A DNA stretch of 64,000 bases from an uncultured Clostridia bacterium (lineage in GTDB: Bacteria; Bacillota; JAAYKD01; CAYOCI01), in the NCBI GenBank assembly GCA_964402415.1, contig CAYOCI010000004.1, positions 20,346-84,345 of the forward strand. Reading direction: 5' to 3'. Position 1 is the first letter of the stretch. Each line of letters starts with the position of its first letter. Under the pieces are notes generated by a model that saw only the letters and a program-made list of their open reading frames with translations, was not told where the DNA came from and searched no databases. This document shows positions 18,769 to 28,930 of the stretch, in pieces. Made by a program: the position numbers and the translations under genes.

Positions 18769-19437
18769 TTGGCAGAATATGTAGTTACTTCGATCTTCGG
18801 GGAGGTTGACCAGGTGAAGGCTTTTGACGTTCGTGCCGTTGAGACTTGGTTGCAGGAGTTGGCGGATATCGCCGCCTGCCGAGCGGTTGTCTCTGAAAAG
18901 GGAGACCTGGAGGAACTGCACGTCCTCGCCAAGACGGGGCGATCCCCGAAGCAGATCGTGCGTGACATTGAGACCTTGCTCGCTATCAAGACTGGTGAGC
19001 ATGTTGACCATAAGAAGATTAGTGTTGTCCAACTTGATAGCGTGGCCACCCAAGTTGCACTTCGCCGCCCCAAGATGGGGGCGGTACAGTTTACGGTCGA
19101 TGGTATGCTCTGCACGGCGGAGGTTACCATGTCGCTGGACGAAGCGACTGTCCTCGGCTTGGCGCACGGACCTGCCTCGCGTGGCAACCGCCTGCGCCTA
19201 CTGGCCATGGCGACCATCGATGCGCTCAACAAGCTGATCCCCGAACTGGTTGGCCTCGTCATCGAGGACGTCAGTGTCGTCACCATGGCCCAGGGGCGCG
19301 TCGCCCTCGCCATGGTCACCCGCATGACCCAGCAAACTGAGGAAACCCTCATTGGAGCAGCGTTAGTGCGGCATGACGAGAAAGAAGCCGTGGTACGCGC
19401 CACACTCGATGCCATCAACCGTAGGTTGATGGCATAG
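18769..19437 (+). CDS. Conserved hypothetical protein
   Basis: 222-aa ORF, TTG start with GGAG upstream; SPKQIVRDIET, VDHKKISVVQL, AVVRATLDAINRRL. Confidence 0.7.
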   Translation: MAEYVVTSIFGEVDQVKAFDVRAVETWLQELADIAACRAVVSEKGDLEELHVLAKTGRSPKQIVRDIETLLAIKTGEHVDHKKISVVQLDSVATQVALRRPKMGAVQFTVDGMLCTAEVTMSLDEATVLGLAHGPASRGNRLRLLAMATIDALNKLIPELVGLVIEDVSVVTMAQGRVALAMVTRMTQQTEETLIGAALVRHDEKEAVVRATLDAINRRLMA

Positions 19438-19555
19438 TGTGGGGCGAGTGGCTAGCACCTAAGTTTTAGGGCCGACATGTATCTCCATCCGAGCGGAGCG
19501 GAAACCCCTGCCACAATAGCGGAAGGCAGAGGCCACACGCAAAGGGGGAGAACTT

Positions 19556-19642
19556 GTGAAGAATAAGATCATCGCCATCATCGTGGCTTTGACCAGCCTG
19601 CTTCTTGCCGGCGGCGCCAACTTCAGATGGACTGAGTTTTAA
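19556..19642 (+). CDS. Small 28-aa putative secreted or signalling peptide MKNKIIAIIVALTSLLLAGGANFRWTEF
   Basis: GTG start 5 nt after GGGGGAG; basic N-terminus, hydrophobic core, AGGA-NFRW tail; below the ORF-track size cutoff. Confidence 0.7.
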   Translation: MKNKIIAIIVALTSLLLAGGANFRWTEF

Positions 19643-19754
19643 CCTTTTGTCGGCCCTAATATCATATTGATCGCTGAGACGTGCGCTTCGCGGAGCCACT
19701 ATTCTGACATACCTACGCTTTGGCCTTTGGGAACCATGAAGAGGAGGTGCAACC

Positions 19755-21026
19755 ATGAGGCCCATGAGCAAGAGGGAGATTACATACGTTGCATCTATTA
19801 TCCTGATCGGCTTCGCGATACTTGTTGGCGAGACCTTATATGGGCACGGGGCCAACATTGGTTCGATCGCAATCTTCACAGCCCTGCTTCTGGCTGCCGA
19901 GGCTAGCCCCATCATTATCCCCGGGATTGGCACCGTTACCATCGGTTTCATTATCTGCCTCGCATCCAACTGGATCATCGGTCCCGCCTCGACAGTGTGG
20001 GTTGCAGCTATTGGGAGTATCAGCCTCAATGCGGAAGTCCGCAAGCAAGAGCGTTGGTTCATGGGAGCGTTCAATAGCGCTCAGGTTGTTGTCAGCGTAT
20101 TCGTAGCTGGGCATCTCTTCACGGCGCTAGGAGGGGTTCCAGGAGGCGTTGTTCTTCCAGATGACCTGCTTGCCATCGTGCTAGCGGCCGTTTCCCACTA
20201 CATGCTGAACTCGGGTGTCGTAGCAGCCATCATCGCGATGCGCAAACAGCGTTCGTTCCTCTATATCTGGGGCAGCAATATGAGGGCCTGGCTACCTAAC
20301 CTCGTTGCCCTGACCCCCCTGGCGGCGCTGATGGCGATCACCTATCAGCTTGCCGGGCTCTACGGTATCCTACTATTCCTGATCCCCATGATGCTGGCGA
20401 GGCACAGCTTCCAGATGTACACTGAGATGCGGGATACGTATCTCTCAACCATTCGAGCTCTGGCAAAGTCCATCGACATCAAAGACGAATATACTGGCGG
20501 GCATTCTGAGCGCGTAGCTCAGTACTCGGTGAGTATCGGCCGTCGTATGGGGTTGAAGAGCGATGACCTCGATATGCTGGAGTATGTTGCCCTCCTACAC
20601 GATATTGGCAAGATCGGTGTTCCGGAAGCGGTCTTGAACAAGCCTGGTCGGCTGGAGCCCCACGAGCGTGAGGCGATCAACAAACACGCGGCGGTTGGCG
20701 CTGAGATCATCAGTCAGATTGCCTTCCTTAGTCGTGGCGTGGAGGCTGTTCGTCATCATCACGAATGGTACAATGGCAACGGCTACCCCGACCACGTCAA
20801 GGCCCAAGAGACCTCCCAGTGGGCGCGGATTATCGCGGTCGCCGATGCCTTCGACGCCATGACATCCGACCGCCCCTATCGGCAGGCTTGGTCAGTGGGG
20901 CAGGCCGCCGAAGAACTCACCCGCTGCTCCGGGACGCAGTTTGATCCCGAGGTGGTCAAGGTCTTTCTAGCTATTCTCGCTCCACAGCTGCAAGCAGAGA
21001 AGGAGGCAGCGGCCGGTGCTCATTGA
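19755..21026 (+). CDS. Membrane-anchored HD-GYP c-di-GMP phosphodiesterase
   Basis: Multi-TM N-terminus; HSERVA, LLHDIGKIG, HHEWYNGNGYP, ADAFDAMTSDRPYR. Confidence 0.92.
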   Translation: MRPMSKREITYVASIILIGFAILVGETLYGHGANIGSIAIFTALLLAAEASPIIIPGIGTVTIGFIICLASNWIIGPASTVWVAAIGSISLNAEVRKQERWFMGAFNSAQVVVSVFVAGHLFTALGGVPGGVVLPDDLLAIVLAAVSHYMLNSGVVAAIIAMRKQRSFLYIWGSNMRAWLPNLVALTPLAALMAITYQLAGLYGILLFLIPMMLARHSFQMYTEMRDTYLSTIRALAKSIDIKDEYTGGHSERVAQYSVSIGRRMGLKSDDLDMLEYVALLHDIGKIGVPEAVLNKPGRLEPHEREAINKHAAVGAEIISQIAFLSRGVEAVRHHHEWYNGNGYPDHVKAQETSQWARIIAVADAFDAMTSDRPYRQAWSVGQAAEELTRCSGTQFDPEVVKVFLAILAPQLQAEKEAAAGAH

Positions 21027-21615
21027 TGGTGTGCTCTTGTTCCTGGTCCTGGGCTGGATACGCGGCGGCCGTCTAACTGGGCTGACCGAGATCTCGCTGC
21101 GGCAGTTCTGGCTGATTCTTGTGGCTCTGGTGCTGCGTGCGGGCCCGGTCTTTCTCGCTGGGTTCGGTGTGGAGGCGGCCCTGCGCTTTGGATCGGCCGC
21201 TCAGGTGATTGGCTACTTGGTACTCTTCCTCGCCCTGTATCTCAATAAAGAGATTCCTGGCATGCCACTCTTGGTCGTCGGTGTGGTACTGAACTTCCTC
21301 GTGATCCTAGCGAATCAAGGACGGATGCCGGTCTCGATGTGGGGAATCCAGGTGACCAATATGAACGACATGCTGCCGGTCTTGACCTCGGGGGCCTATA
21401 CGTCGCACAGCCTCTTGACGGAGGCGACGCGCCTTCCGTGGCTAGCCGATATCATCCCCATCCCCCGCCCGTACCCCCTGCCAAAGATCATCAGCATTGG
21501 CGATATCCTGATGGTTCTGGGAGTGGGGAGGCTCATCATGGTATCCATGATGAGCGCCCGCGGCCCGCAGCCCGCAGCCCGCAGTATGGGGGATCCAACG
21601 TCGGTGGGAGACTGA
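21016..21615 (+). CDS. DUF5317-like membrane protein
   Basis: GGRLTGL, LNFLVILANQGRMPVS, LPWLADIIPIP, SIGDIL; overlaps the HD-GYP stop. Confidence 0.75.
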   Translation: MLIDGVLLFLVLGWIRGGRLTGLTEISLRQFWLILVALVLRAGPVFLAGFGVEAALRFGSAAQVIGYLVLFLALYLNKEIPGMPLLVVGVVLNFLVILANQGRMPVSMWGIQVTNMNDMLPVLTSGAYTSHSLLTEATRLPWLADIIPIPRPYPLPKIISIGDILMVLGVGRLIMVSMMSARGPQPAARSMGDPTSVGD

Positions 21616-21770
21616 ACAGCCCGCGGACCACTGCCCCCAACTACAGAGCCGCACCCCTCGTCTTCGACCTCTACTGTTGGCCGTGGGCTGTGGACTCGTT
21701 GTGTCGCTGTCACGAACTGTTAACTTGTCTAAGGTCCTGGTATAGTGTTACAATACCATCGGGGAATTCT

Positions 21771-21798
21771 AGGTTGGGGCACCACCCCAACCTTTTTT
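21771..21798 (+). terminator. Intrinsic terminator-like hairpin upstream of secA
   Basis: aggttgggg-cacca-ccccaacct followed by ttttt. Confidence 0.65.
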
Positions 21799-21900
21799 GC
21801 TCAGTAGGAGCTACAGCGATTACAGAGCCGCACTCCTCGTCACTCGGCCTCTACTGTGGGCTGTGGGCTGTGGGCTGTGGACTCGATAGGGAGTGTTTCC

Positions 21901-24393
21901 ATGCTAGGTATTCTTAAGAAGCTCATGGGTGATCCCAACGAGCGTGAGCTGAAGAAGCTTCAGCCGATCGTCGATAAGATCAACTCGCTCGAACCACAGT
22001 TCAAAGCCTTGAGCGATGATCAGCTGCGGGGAAAGACCCAGGAGTACAAAGATCGCCTCGCCAAGGGCGAGACCCTCGATGATCTATTGCCTGAAGCCTT
22101 TGCCACCGTGCGTGAGGCAGCGATCCGTGCCATCGGGCAGCGAGCGTTCGACACACAGGTGCTGGGTGGGATCGTACTCCACCAAGGGCGAATCTCTGAG
22201 ATGAGGACCGGCGAGGGCAAGACTCTAACGGCAGCCCTGCCATCCTATCTCAACGCCCTGTCGGGCAAAGGGGTCCACGTAATCACGGTCAATGACTATC
22301 TGGCGCGCACCCAAGGCGAATGGATGGGTCAGATCTACCGCTTCCTCGGGATGGAGGTTGGCCTGATTCTCCACGGTCTCGACTTTGGTCAGCGGCAGCG
22401 TGCGTACGCCGCCGATATTACCTACGGGACAAACAACGAGTTTGGCTTTGACTATCTGCGTGACAACATGGTCGTCTACCGTGAGCAGATGGTACAGCGC
22501 CCACTGAGCTACGCCATCGTCGACGAGGTGGACAGCATCCTCATCGATGAGGCCCGCACGCCGCTAATCATCAGCGGGCAGGCTGAGCAGTCCACCGATC
22601 TCTACTATCGCTTTGCCAAAATCGTCCCGCGCCTGCGCCAAGGCGAGGACTACACCGTCGATGAAAAGGCCCATACCGTCTCGCCTTCGGAAGGCGCCGT
22701 TACCAAGGTCGAGCGGATGCTGGGCGTGGAGAACCTGGTCGGCCATGAGAACAGCGGGCTCTACCACCACTTCATGCAGGCGCTGAAGGCTGAAGCGCTG
22801 ATGAAGGCCGAGCGTGACTACGTGGTCAAAGACGGCGAGGTCATCATTGTCGATGAGTTTACCGGCCGCTTGATGTTTGGCCGTCGCTATAGCGAAGGTC
22901 TGCATCAGGCGATCGAGGCCAAAGAAGGCCTAAAGGTGGAGCGCGAGAGTCAGACCCTGGCGACCATCACCTTCCAGAACTATTTCCGTATGTATAAGAA
23001 GCTGGCCGGCATGACCGGTACCGCTTTGACCGAGGAAGATGAGTTCCGCGCCATCTATGGTCTAGACGTCGTTGTCATCCCCACCAACAAGCCGATGATC
23101 CGTATGGATATGCCGGACGTTGTTTACAAGAACGAGCAGGCTAAGTTTAGGGCGGTGGTGGAGGAGATCATCAGCCGCCACCAAACCGGTCAGCCGCTAC
23201 TGGTCGGTACCATCTCCATTGAGAAGTCAGAATACCTCTCCAGGATGCTAGAGAAACGCGGGATCGGGCACCAGGTGTTGAACGCCAAACACCACGAGAA
23301 AGAGGCGCAGATCATCGCCCTGGCTGGACAGCGTGATGCCGTTACCATCGCCACCAACATGGCCGGTCGCGGGACCGACATTATCTTAGGTGAAGGGGTA
23401 CCGGAGCTGGGCGGGCTGCATATCATTGGTACCGAGCGGCATGAGGCACGGCGCATCGACAACCAGTTGCGTGGTCGCTCTGGCCGCCAAGGCGACCCAG
23501 GTTCGTCGCAGTTCTTCATCTCCTTGGAAGATGATCTGATGCGGCTCTTCGGCTCGGACAATATCATGGTGATGATGGATAAGCTGAAGATCGAAGAAGA
23601 CATGCCGATCGAACACTCGCTGCTGAGCAAGGCGATCGAGACCGCGCAGAAGCGCGTCGAGGCTAGGAACTTCGATATCCGCAAACACGTCCTGGAGTAT
23701 GACAATGTCATGAACCAGCAGCGTGAGGTGATCTACAAGCAGCGTCGCGATATTCTCGAGGGCGACAACCTCAGGCCGACCGTGGTGAACATGATCCGGA
23801 CCATGGTCGACAACGCGTTGGAGATCTACTGCAGTGAGAAGGTCTTCCCCGAAGAGTGGGATCTGGAAGGGTTCTTCAACCATGTGGCCGAGGTGATCCC
23901 GCTTCCTGCGGACTTTACCTTTGAGAAGATCCAAAACCTGGGCCGCGACGAGCTGAAGGAAGAGTTCCACCGCGTGGTCGAACAGGCTTACGAGCGTCGT
24001 GAGCAGGAGCTGGGTGAGCAGATCATGCGCGAGTTGGAGCGCGTGATCACGCTGCGCATGGTCGATACCAAGTGGATGGACCATATCGATGCCATGGACG
24101 AACTGCGTGCTGGGATCGGACTGCGCGCCTATGGACAAAAGGATCCGCTAGTGGAGTACAAGTTCGAGGCCTACGATATGTTTACTGCCATGACCAATAG
24201 CATCCAGGAGGATATCGCCCGCACCATCCTGCGCGTGCAGGTGGAGCAGCCACCAGAACGCGAAGCGGTGATGGTGGCCACCGATACCGCAGGACCGACC
24301 CAGCCAGTGACCGGCCCAGCCAATAAGGTAGGGCGCAATGATCCCTGCCCCTGCGGCAGCGGGAAGAAGTATAAGCACTGTTGTGGTAAATAG
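21901..24393 (+). CDS. secA: Preprotein translocase ATPase SecA
   Basis: [46 protein letters not shown] motif [19 protein letters not shown]. Confidence 0.99.
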   Translation: MLGILKKLMGDPNERELKKLQPIVDKINSLEPQFKALSDDQLRGKTQEYKDRLAKGETLDDLLPEAFATVREAAIRAIGQRAFDTQVLGGIVLHQGRISEMRTGEGKTLTAALPSYLNALSGKGVHVITVNDYLARTQGEWMGQIYRFLGMEVGLILHGLDFGQRQRAYAADITYGTNNEFGFDYLRDNMVVYREQMVQRPLSYAIVDEVDSILIDEARTPLIISGQAEQSTDLYYRFAKIVPRLRQGEDYTVDEKAHTVSPSEGAVTKVERMLGVENLVGHENSGLYHHFMQALKAEALMKAERDYVVKDGEVIIVDEFTGRLMFGRRYSEGLHQAIEAKEGLKVERESQTLATITFQNYFRMYKKLAGMTGTALTEEDEFRAIYGLDVVVIPTNKPMIRMDMPDVVYKNEQAKFRAVVEEIISRHQTGQPLLVGTISIEKSEYLSRMLEKRGIGHQVLNAKHHEKEAQIIALAGQRDAVTIATNMAGRGTDIILGEGVPELGGLHIIGTERHEARRIDNQLRGRSGRQGDPGSSQFFISLEDDLMRLFGSDNIMVMMDKLKIEEDMPIEHSLLSKAIETAQKRVEARNFDIRKHVLEYDNVMNQQREVIYKQRRDILEGDNLRPTVVNMIRTMVDNALEIYCSEKVFPEEWDLEGFFNHVAEVIPLPADFTFEKIQNLGRDELKEEFHRVVEQAYERREQELGEQIMRELERVITLRMVDTKWMDHIDAMDELRAGIGLRAYGQKDPLVEYKFEAYDMFTAMTNSIQEDIARTILRVQVEQPPEREAVMVATDTAGPTQPVTGPANKVGRNDPCPCGSGKKYKHCCGK

Positions 24394-24410
24394 GAAGGCG
24401 GTCCCAGCGT

Positions 24411-24567
24411 ACCGCGCGACGTGCTTCGCATTTTTGACCGAATGAGCTCGACGTCTCGGGAAGCTCACAAACTCGCCCTATGGGCTCAAACAGTGTTCGC
24501 TTCTTCTCCTCAACGTCTGCGCTCTTTGAATGGGCTCGCAATGTCGCGCTACGTGCGCTTGGGGCCT
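24411..24567. repeat. About 155-bp dispersed structured repeat, copy 1
   Basis: Aligns over its length with 48803-48957 (accgcgc..cgtgcttcgc...caaactcgcc...ggctca.acagtg...gtcgcgctacg..cgcttggggcct). Confidence 0.85.
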
Positions 24568-24684
24568 TTCGCGGTGGGAGACGAGACGGGGGTGCGGGGG
24601 AGGCGGCCCTAAATGGGCCGCGCGACGTCGGATGCACCACGGGCGCAGCACATGTGTGCCTGCAAGACCAAAGGAGTGATATGT

Positions 24685-25804
24685 ATGTTGGATGACGTGA
24701 AACGTCAGTTGGCAGATGTAAAGGACATGGTGTCAGAACTCAGAGGTTCTCTTTGACCTGGCCGGCAAACAGGCAAGGTTAGCTGAACTAGAAGAGGTCA
24801 TGACCCGCGAGGGTTTCTGGGACGACCAGGAGAAGGCTCAAAAGACCATCGCCGAGGTCAACGGCCTGCGCGGCAAGGTCGAGGCCTTCACCTCGGTGGC
24901 CAATGAACTGAACGACATCCTCGGGATGGTCGAGCTGTTGGAGATGGAGCCCGACCCAGAGTTGGAGCGAGAACTGGAGAAGGGGGCTGCAACGCTGGTT
25001 CACCATGCGGAGCAGTTGGAGCTTCAGACCCTGCTCTCTGATCGTTATGACGGAAACAACGCCATTGTCACCATCCATCCTGGGGCCGGTGGAACGGAGT
25101 CTCAGGATTGGGCGTCGATGCTGCTACGCATGTTCACCCGGTGGTGCGAGCAGAACGACTTTGCGGTCGAGATGGTCGACTACCAAGGTGGTGACGAAGC
25201 AGGGATCAAGAACGCTACCTTCTTCGTCAAAGGTGAGAACGCCTACGGCTACCTTAAGTCAGAGCATGGCGTCCACCGGCTGGTCCGGATCTCACCGTTT
25301 GATACATCCGGACGGCGCCACACCTCATTTACCGCTGTGGAAGTCCTGCCCGAGCTGGAGAACGATATCGCCATCGAGGTCAAACAAGACGAGATCCGTA
25401 TCGATGTGTATCGCTCCGGGGGAGCGGGCGGACAGAATGTCAATAAGGTAGAGACCGCCATCCGTATCACCCATCTGCCCACGGGGATCGTGGTAACCTG
25501 CCAGAACGAGCGCTCACAGCACTCGAATCGGCAGACCGCCATGGCGATTCTTAAGGCTAGGTTGTATGAGCGCGAGCGTCAGGCCAAAGAGGCCGAGGCC
25601 AGCGCCGTTCGTGGCGAGAAGGGCGAGATCGCCTGGGGTAACCAGATTCGGTCCTACGTCCTACAGCCGTACAGCCTGGTCAAGGATCACCGCACCGGTG
25701 TGGAGATGGGCAATACCCAGGCTGTGCTCGACGGCGAGCTGGAGCCATTTATCCAAGGATATCTAAAGGCGCTGGCAACCGGGAACTGGGCAACCAAGGA
25801 ATGA
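24685..25804 (+). CDS. prfB: Peptide chain release factor 2, expressed via programmed +1 frameshift
   Basis: ATG 24685 MLDDVKRQ...RGSL, CTT TGA at 24751-24756, continuing in the +1 frame (DLAGKQARL...); SPF, GGQ (GAGGQNVNK) and WGNQIRSY motifs. Confidence 0.97.
24742..24757 (+). promoter_or_regulatory. RF2 autoregulatory +1 frameshift site
   Basis: AGAGG internal SD, then TTCT CTT TGA C. Confidence 0.93.
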
Positions 25805-25990
25805 CCACGTCATTCCTTGGTTGCCCAGCCCGAAGGCATCAGGCATCAGCTGGGGGAAAATACGGCCATCGGCCGCAGTTGGTCAGACTTGCCTGACTCC
25901 ACTCGCGCCCAGTCCCACCCGTATTTCTACCGTTGATCTCTGATGCCTGATGCCTGATGGCTTCGGGCACCGACGTAAGGAGGCATCGCC

Positions 25991-26485
25991 ATGCATTCAT
26001 CGATCAAACGCATTCTTGCAGTCGTTGTCCTGATCAGTGTCGGCTTCGTGATTGGCCATACCGTCCAAGCCAGCGCACCGCAGCCTGGCTCTGCGCAAGA
26101 CCCGCTGGTCTCGCAGAGCTATGTGGACAAGCTGATCGCCGAGGTCAGAAGCTATGTGGATACGAAGGTGCAATCCCCGACGGGGCAGACACCGACTACA
26201 CCCTCGACGCCTGCGGCCGCACCGCAGCTCCAGGTCGTGTCGTTGACCGCTGGCCAACAGTTGGTGATGGGCGCGGGTAGTGAGATTGTGCTGCGCGGTG
26301 GCAAGGCCATTGCTGTAGCCAGCAGCGCTGGCGGGCTCTCTGACCTGACCGACGGGTTTGATCTGGGACAGGGCACACCTATCCCCCCAAACCATCTTCT
26401 GCTGGTAGCCAAGAGTGATGGCCGTGGGATCAAGGCCACGGAGAACGCGATTGTCTTGGTGAGAGGGGAATACACGGTTAAGTGA
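25991..26485 (+). CDS. Exported hypothetical protein
   Basis: Signal peptide, PGSAQDPLVSQSYVD, GSEIVLRGG, GLSDLTDG, PPNHLLLV. Confidence 0.75.
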   Translation: MHSSIKRILAVVVLISVGFVIGHTVQASAPQPGSAQDPLVSQSYVDKLIAEVRSYVDTKVQSPTGQTPTTPSTPAAAPQLQVVSLTAGQQLVMGAGSEIVLRGGKAIAVASSAGGLSDLTDGFDLGQGTPIPPNHLLLVAKSDGRGIKATENAIVLVRGEYTVK

Positions 26486-26490
26486 TGGGA

Positions 26491-26992
26491 GAGTCCCTCG
26501 CCCCTCGTCCCTCGCCCCTCGTGAGAATGTCGAATAAGGCGTGGTTCAGGAAGATTGAAAGCCCGGAACTACTAGGGATTGCGGGCGCAGCATGGCTGCG
26601 CCCCTACATGTTGAGGTATCTCCCTGGGTCGTAGGGGCACGGCCATGCTGCGCCCGCGGCCTTTCGTCGGTCTCCCTAGTGGGAGAGACGGAGAAGTTGA
26701 GGAGCGCTACCGTGATTCGCAGAGCCGCCGATGGGCGGCTCTTTGCGTGTACATCAGAGCTAAATCTGACAAGCTTCGCCACATGTGGTAAAATGGCAGG
26801 AGTGTAAGCGGTGGTTTGGCCCTGCCAAGAGAGGAAATCATTCTCGTGGTTAGAATATAAGTAGGGATTTCGCGGTCCCAAGCCTGGTAGCGCTGCTACA
26901 TTGCACGTAGGGCAGGGCAGGTTTTGAAGCCCAGTGTCCAGCTACCAGTTCCCAGTGTTCTCACGAGGGGCGAGGGACGAGGGACTAGGGAC
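26491..26992. repeat. Inverted CCCTCG/CGAGGG heptamer pair enclosing a REP doublet, a terminator-like hairpin and a promoter
   Basis: agtccctcgcccctcgtccctcgcccctcgtgag versus ctcacgaggggcgagggacgaggggactagggac. Confidence 0.8.
26766..26794 (+). promoter_or_regulatory. SigA-type promoter for the cell-wall polymer locus
   Basis: CTGACA-N17-TAAAAT with TG at the extended -10. Confidence 0.6.
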
Positions 26993-27031
26993 CCATGGGC
27001 GCGACGCGCCCAGGACAAGGCGGTGGAATAG

Positions 27032-28690
27032 TTGAAGAACGAGCGCCCGTGGGGGCTACCCCTGATACTCATCCTTGCGCTAGTCTTGGCCGGCTACACG
27101 GTTGTCTATCGAGTCAAGGTAGAGAGCTTCGTCAAGCCTGTGGAGATCGCCCTGGACTATGATGATATCGTTGAGGTTGGGAAGCTGACCAACACGACAC
27201 CGCTACAGCTGGTCCAGCGCTATCATCGGGCGGGGATGAGCTCCTTAGTGCTTGTCGACGATCGCGCTACTGAACCCGATCCTGAGCTGGCCGCCTACGC
27301 TAAGGAGTCTGGACTGCTCTTGATCCCGCAGCTCACCAACCAACCTGGGCTGAGCAATTATGATATCGCTGAGACCATTGACAAGGTTGCTGATCTGCCC
27401 AATTGCAGCAAACTGATCTTCCGTGGCTATGAGGCCTATGGCTACCCTGATAACCTTGACGTGACTGCTCGTGCTCTGTCCGTGGAGCAACTGCCGGTCG
27501 GGATCGTGGAGTTCCTCGGTGAACAGAAGGGGCTCGACCAGATCCTCGCCCAGACGGGCTATCAAGCGATCCGTGTCCATCCCGGTTACCCTGCTGACAC
27601 CCGCGCGGAGTTCGCCTTGGCGGTAAAGGACAGGGGCATCCGGATTGTCTTTCTTAAGCCGTTTAAGCATATGGACCTCAAACAGGACGCCGCCGCTGAG
27701 GTTGAGCGGTGGGTGCGCGGTGTTGCCCAAGATGTACAGGGCTATGGTTTCCCGCTGGGAGAGGCGCAGCGTTTGCCCAACTTCACCATTAAGCCGGGGA
27801 CACTGAGCTGGATCGGGGTGGGGATTGTCTCAGCCGGGGTTCTGTTTCTCAGTGAGGCGCTCTTGGGGCTGTCGTTTCGTATCTCGCTGCTACTATGGGC
27901 GCTGGGCAGTGTTGGCGTGGTTGCTCTCAACATGCTTCGTCCTGGCAGCCTCTTGTTGGCTGAGGGTTTGGCCTGGCTGGCAGCCGTGATCTTTCCTGCC
28001 TGGGGTATGGTTCGAGTTGGCAAACGCCTGGTTCCTCTCCAAGATGGTAATAGTGCCACTGGGGCGATACGCCTGCTGCTGGAGGCTACGGTGATCACCC
28101 TAGCTGGTGCCCTCTTAGCCAATGCAGCCTTGAGCGATATCCGTTATCTGCTCGCCTGGCGTGTTTTCCGTGGGGTCAAGGTAGCGTTTATTGCGCCATT
28201 GGTGTTGGTTACCATTGCTTATCTCCTGGTCTGGAGCGGCAAGATCATCCAAGAGCGCAACTGGCGGCGCCTGCTCAGTTGGCGTACGCTCTTGGCATTT
28301 GGGGTGGCTGGGCTGCTGCTGGCGATCTATGTGATGCGTAGTGGCAATGTCAGTGCCGCGCCCGTCTTTGGTTTTGAAGCCACCCTGAGGCAATGGCTAG
28401 AGGCAGTTCTGCGCGCCCGACCACGGACCAAGGAGTTTCTGATCGGTCATCCCGCCCTCTTCCTGGCTGCCTGGGCGGCCAAGGATCGCAAGCGTTGGGT
28501 CTTACCCCTGCTGCTGATCGCCACCACCGGTCAGGTCTCCATCTTCAATACCTTTGTGCATCTGCATACGCCCGTAATGTTGTCGCTGTTGCGAACTATC
28601 TATGGGTTGGTGCTGGGCGTTGTGGTCGGGTACGTGGCGGTCTGGGTCGCATCCCGCGCTCTGAGGGCGCGGGAGAGTCATGAGTCATGA
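27032..28690 (+). CDS. DUF5693-like polytopic membrane protein (paralog 1)
   Basis: VEIALDYDD, FRGVKVAFIAPL, RARPRTKEFLIGHP, SIFNTFVHLHTP. Confidence 0.75.
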   Translation: MKNERPWGLPLILILALVLAGYTVVYRVKVESFVKPVEIALDYDDIVEVGKLTNTTPLQLVQRYHRAGMSSLVLVDDRATEPDPELAAYAKESGLLLIPQLTNQPGLSNYDIAETIDKVADLPNCSKLIFRGYEAYGYPDNLDVTARALSVEQLPVGIVEFLGEQKGLDQILAQTGYQAIRVHPGYPADTRAEFALAVKDRGIRIVFLKPFKHMDLKQDAAAEVERWVRGVAQDVQGYGFPLGEAQRLPNFTIKPGTLSWIGVGIVSAGVLFLSEALLGLSFRISLLLWALGSVGVVALNMLRPGSLLLAEGLAWLAAVIFPAWGMVRVGKRLVPLQDGNSATGAIRLLLEATVITLAGALLANAALSDIRYLLAWRVFRGVKVAFIAPLVLVTIAYLLVWSGKIIQERNWRRLLSWRTLLAFGVAGLLLAIYVMRSGNVSAAPVFGFEATLRQWLEAVLRARPRTKEFLIGHPALFLAAWAAKDRKRWVLPLLLIATTGQVSIFNTFVHLHTPVMLSLLRTIYGLVLGVVVGYVAVWVASRALRARESHES

Positions 28691-28930
28691 GTCAGTACTG
28701 TCGGCGGACTTCCAAATGGAAGTGCAATCAGGTCGCCTGTGGCGACCGGGCGTATGCGATTCGCCCCTACAAACGCCTTGGCTGTTTCATGATCTGTTCT
28801 CATGAACACATGACTTATGCTCTTTTCCTCGCCGCCTAGAATCGTTACTTTGACTTATGACCTACCGTTTTTTCGCATTCTACTGATGGCTGCGGGCTGA
28901 TGCCTGATGGCTGCGATGGAGGTTTTGCCT

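Noticed and set aside
19495-19550. c-di-GMP-I riboswitch before the peptide/HD-GYP genes (GGAAAC...ACGCAAAG)
   Set aside because: Only superficial similarity: no GNRA-capped P2, and no room for P3 before the RBS. An Infernal scan would settle it.
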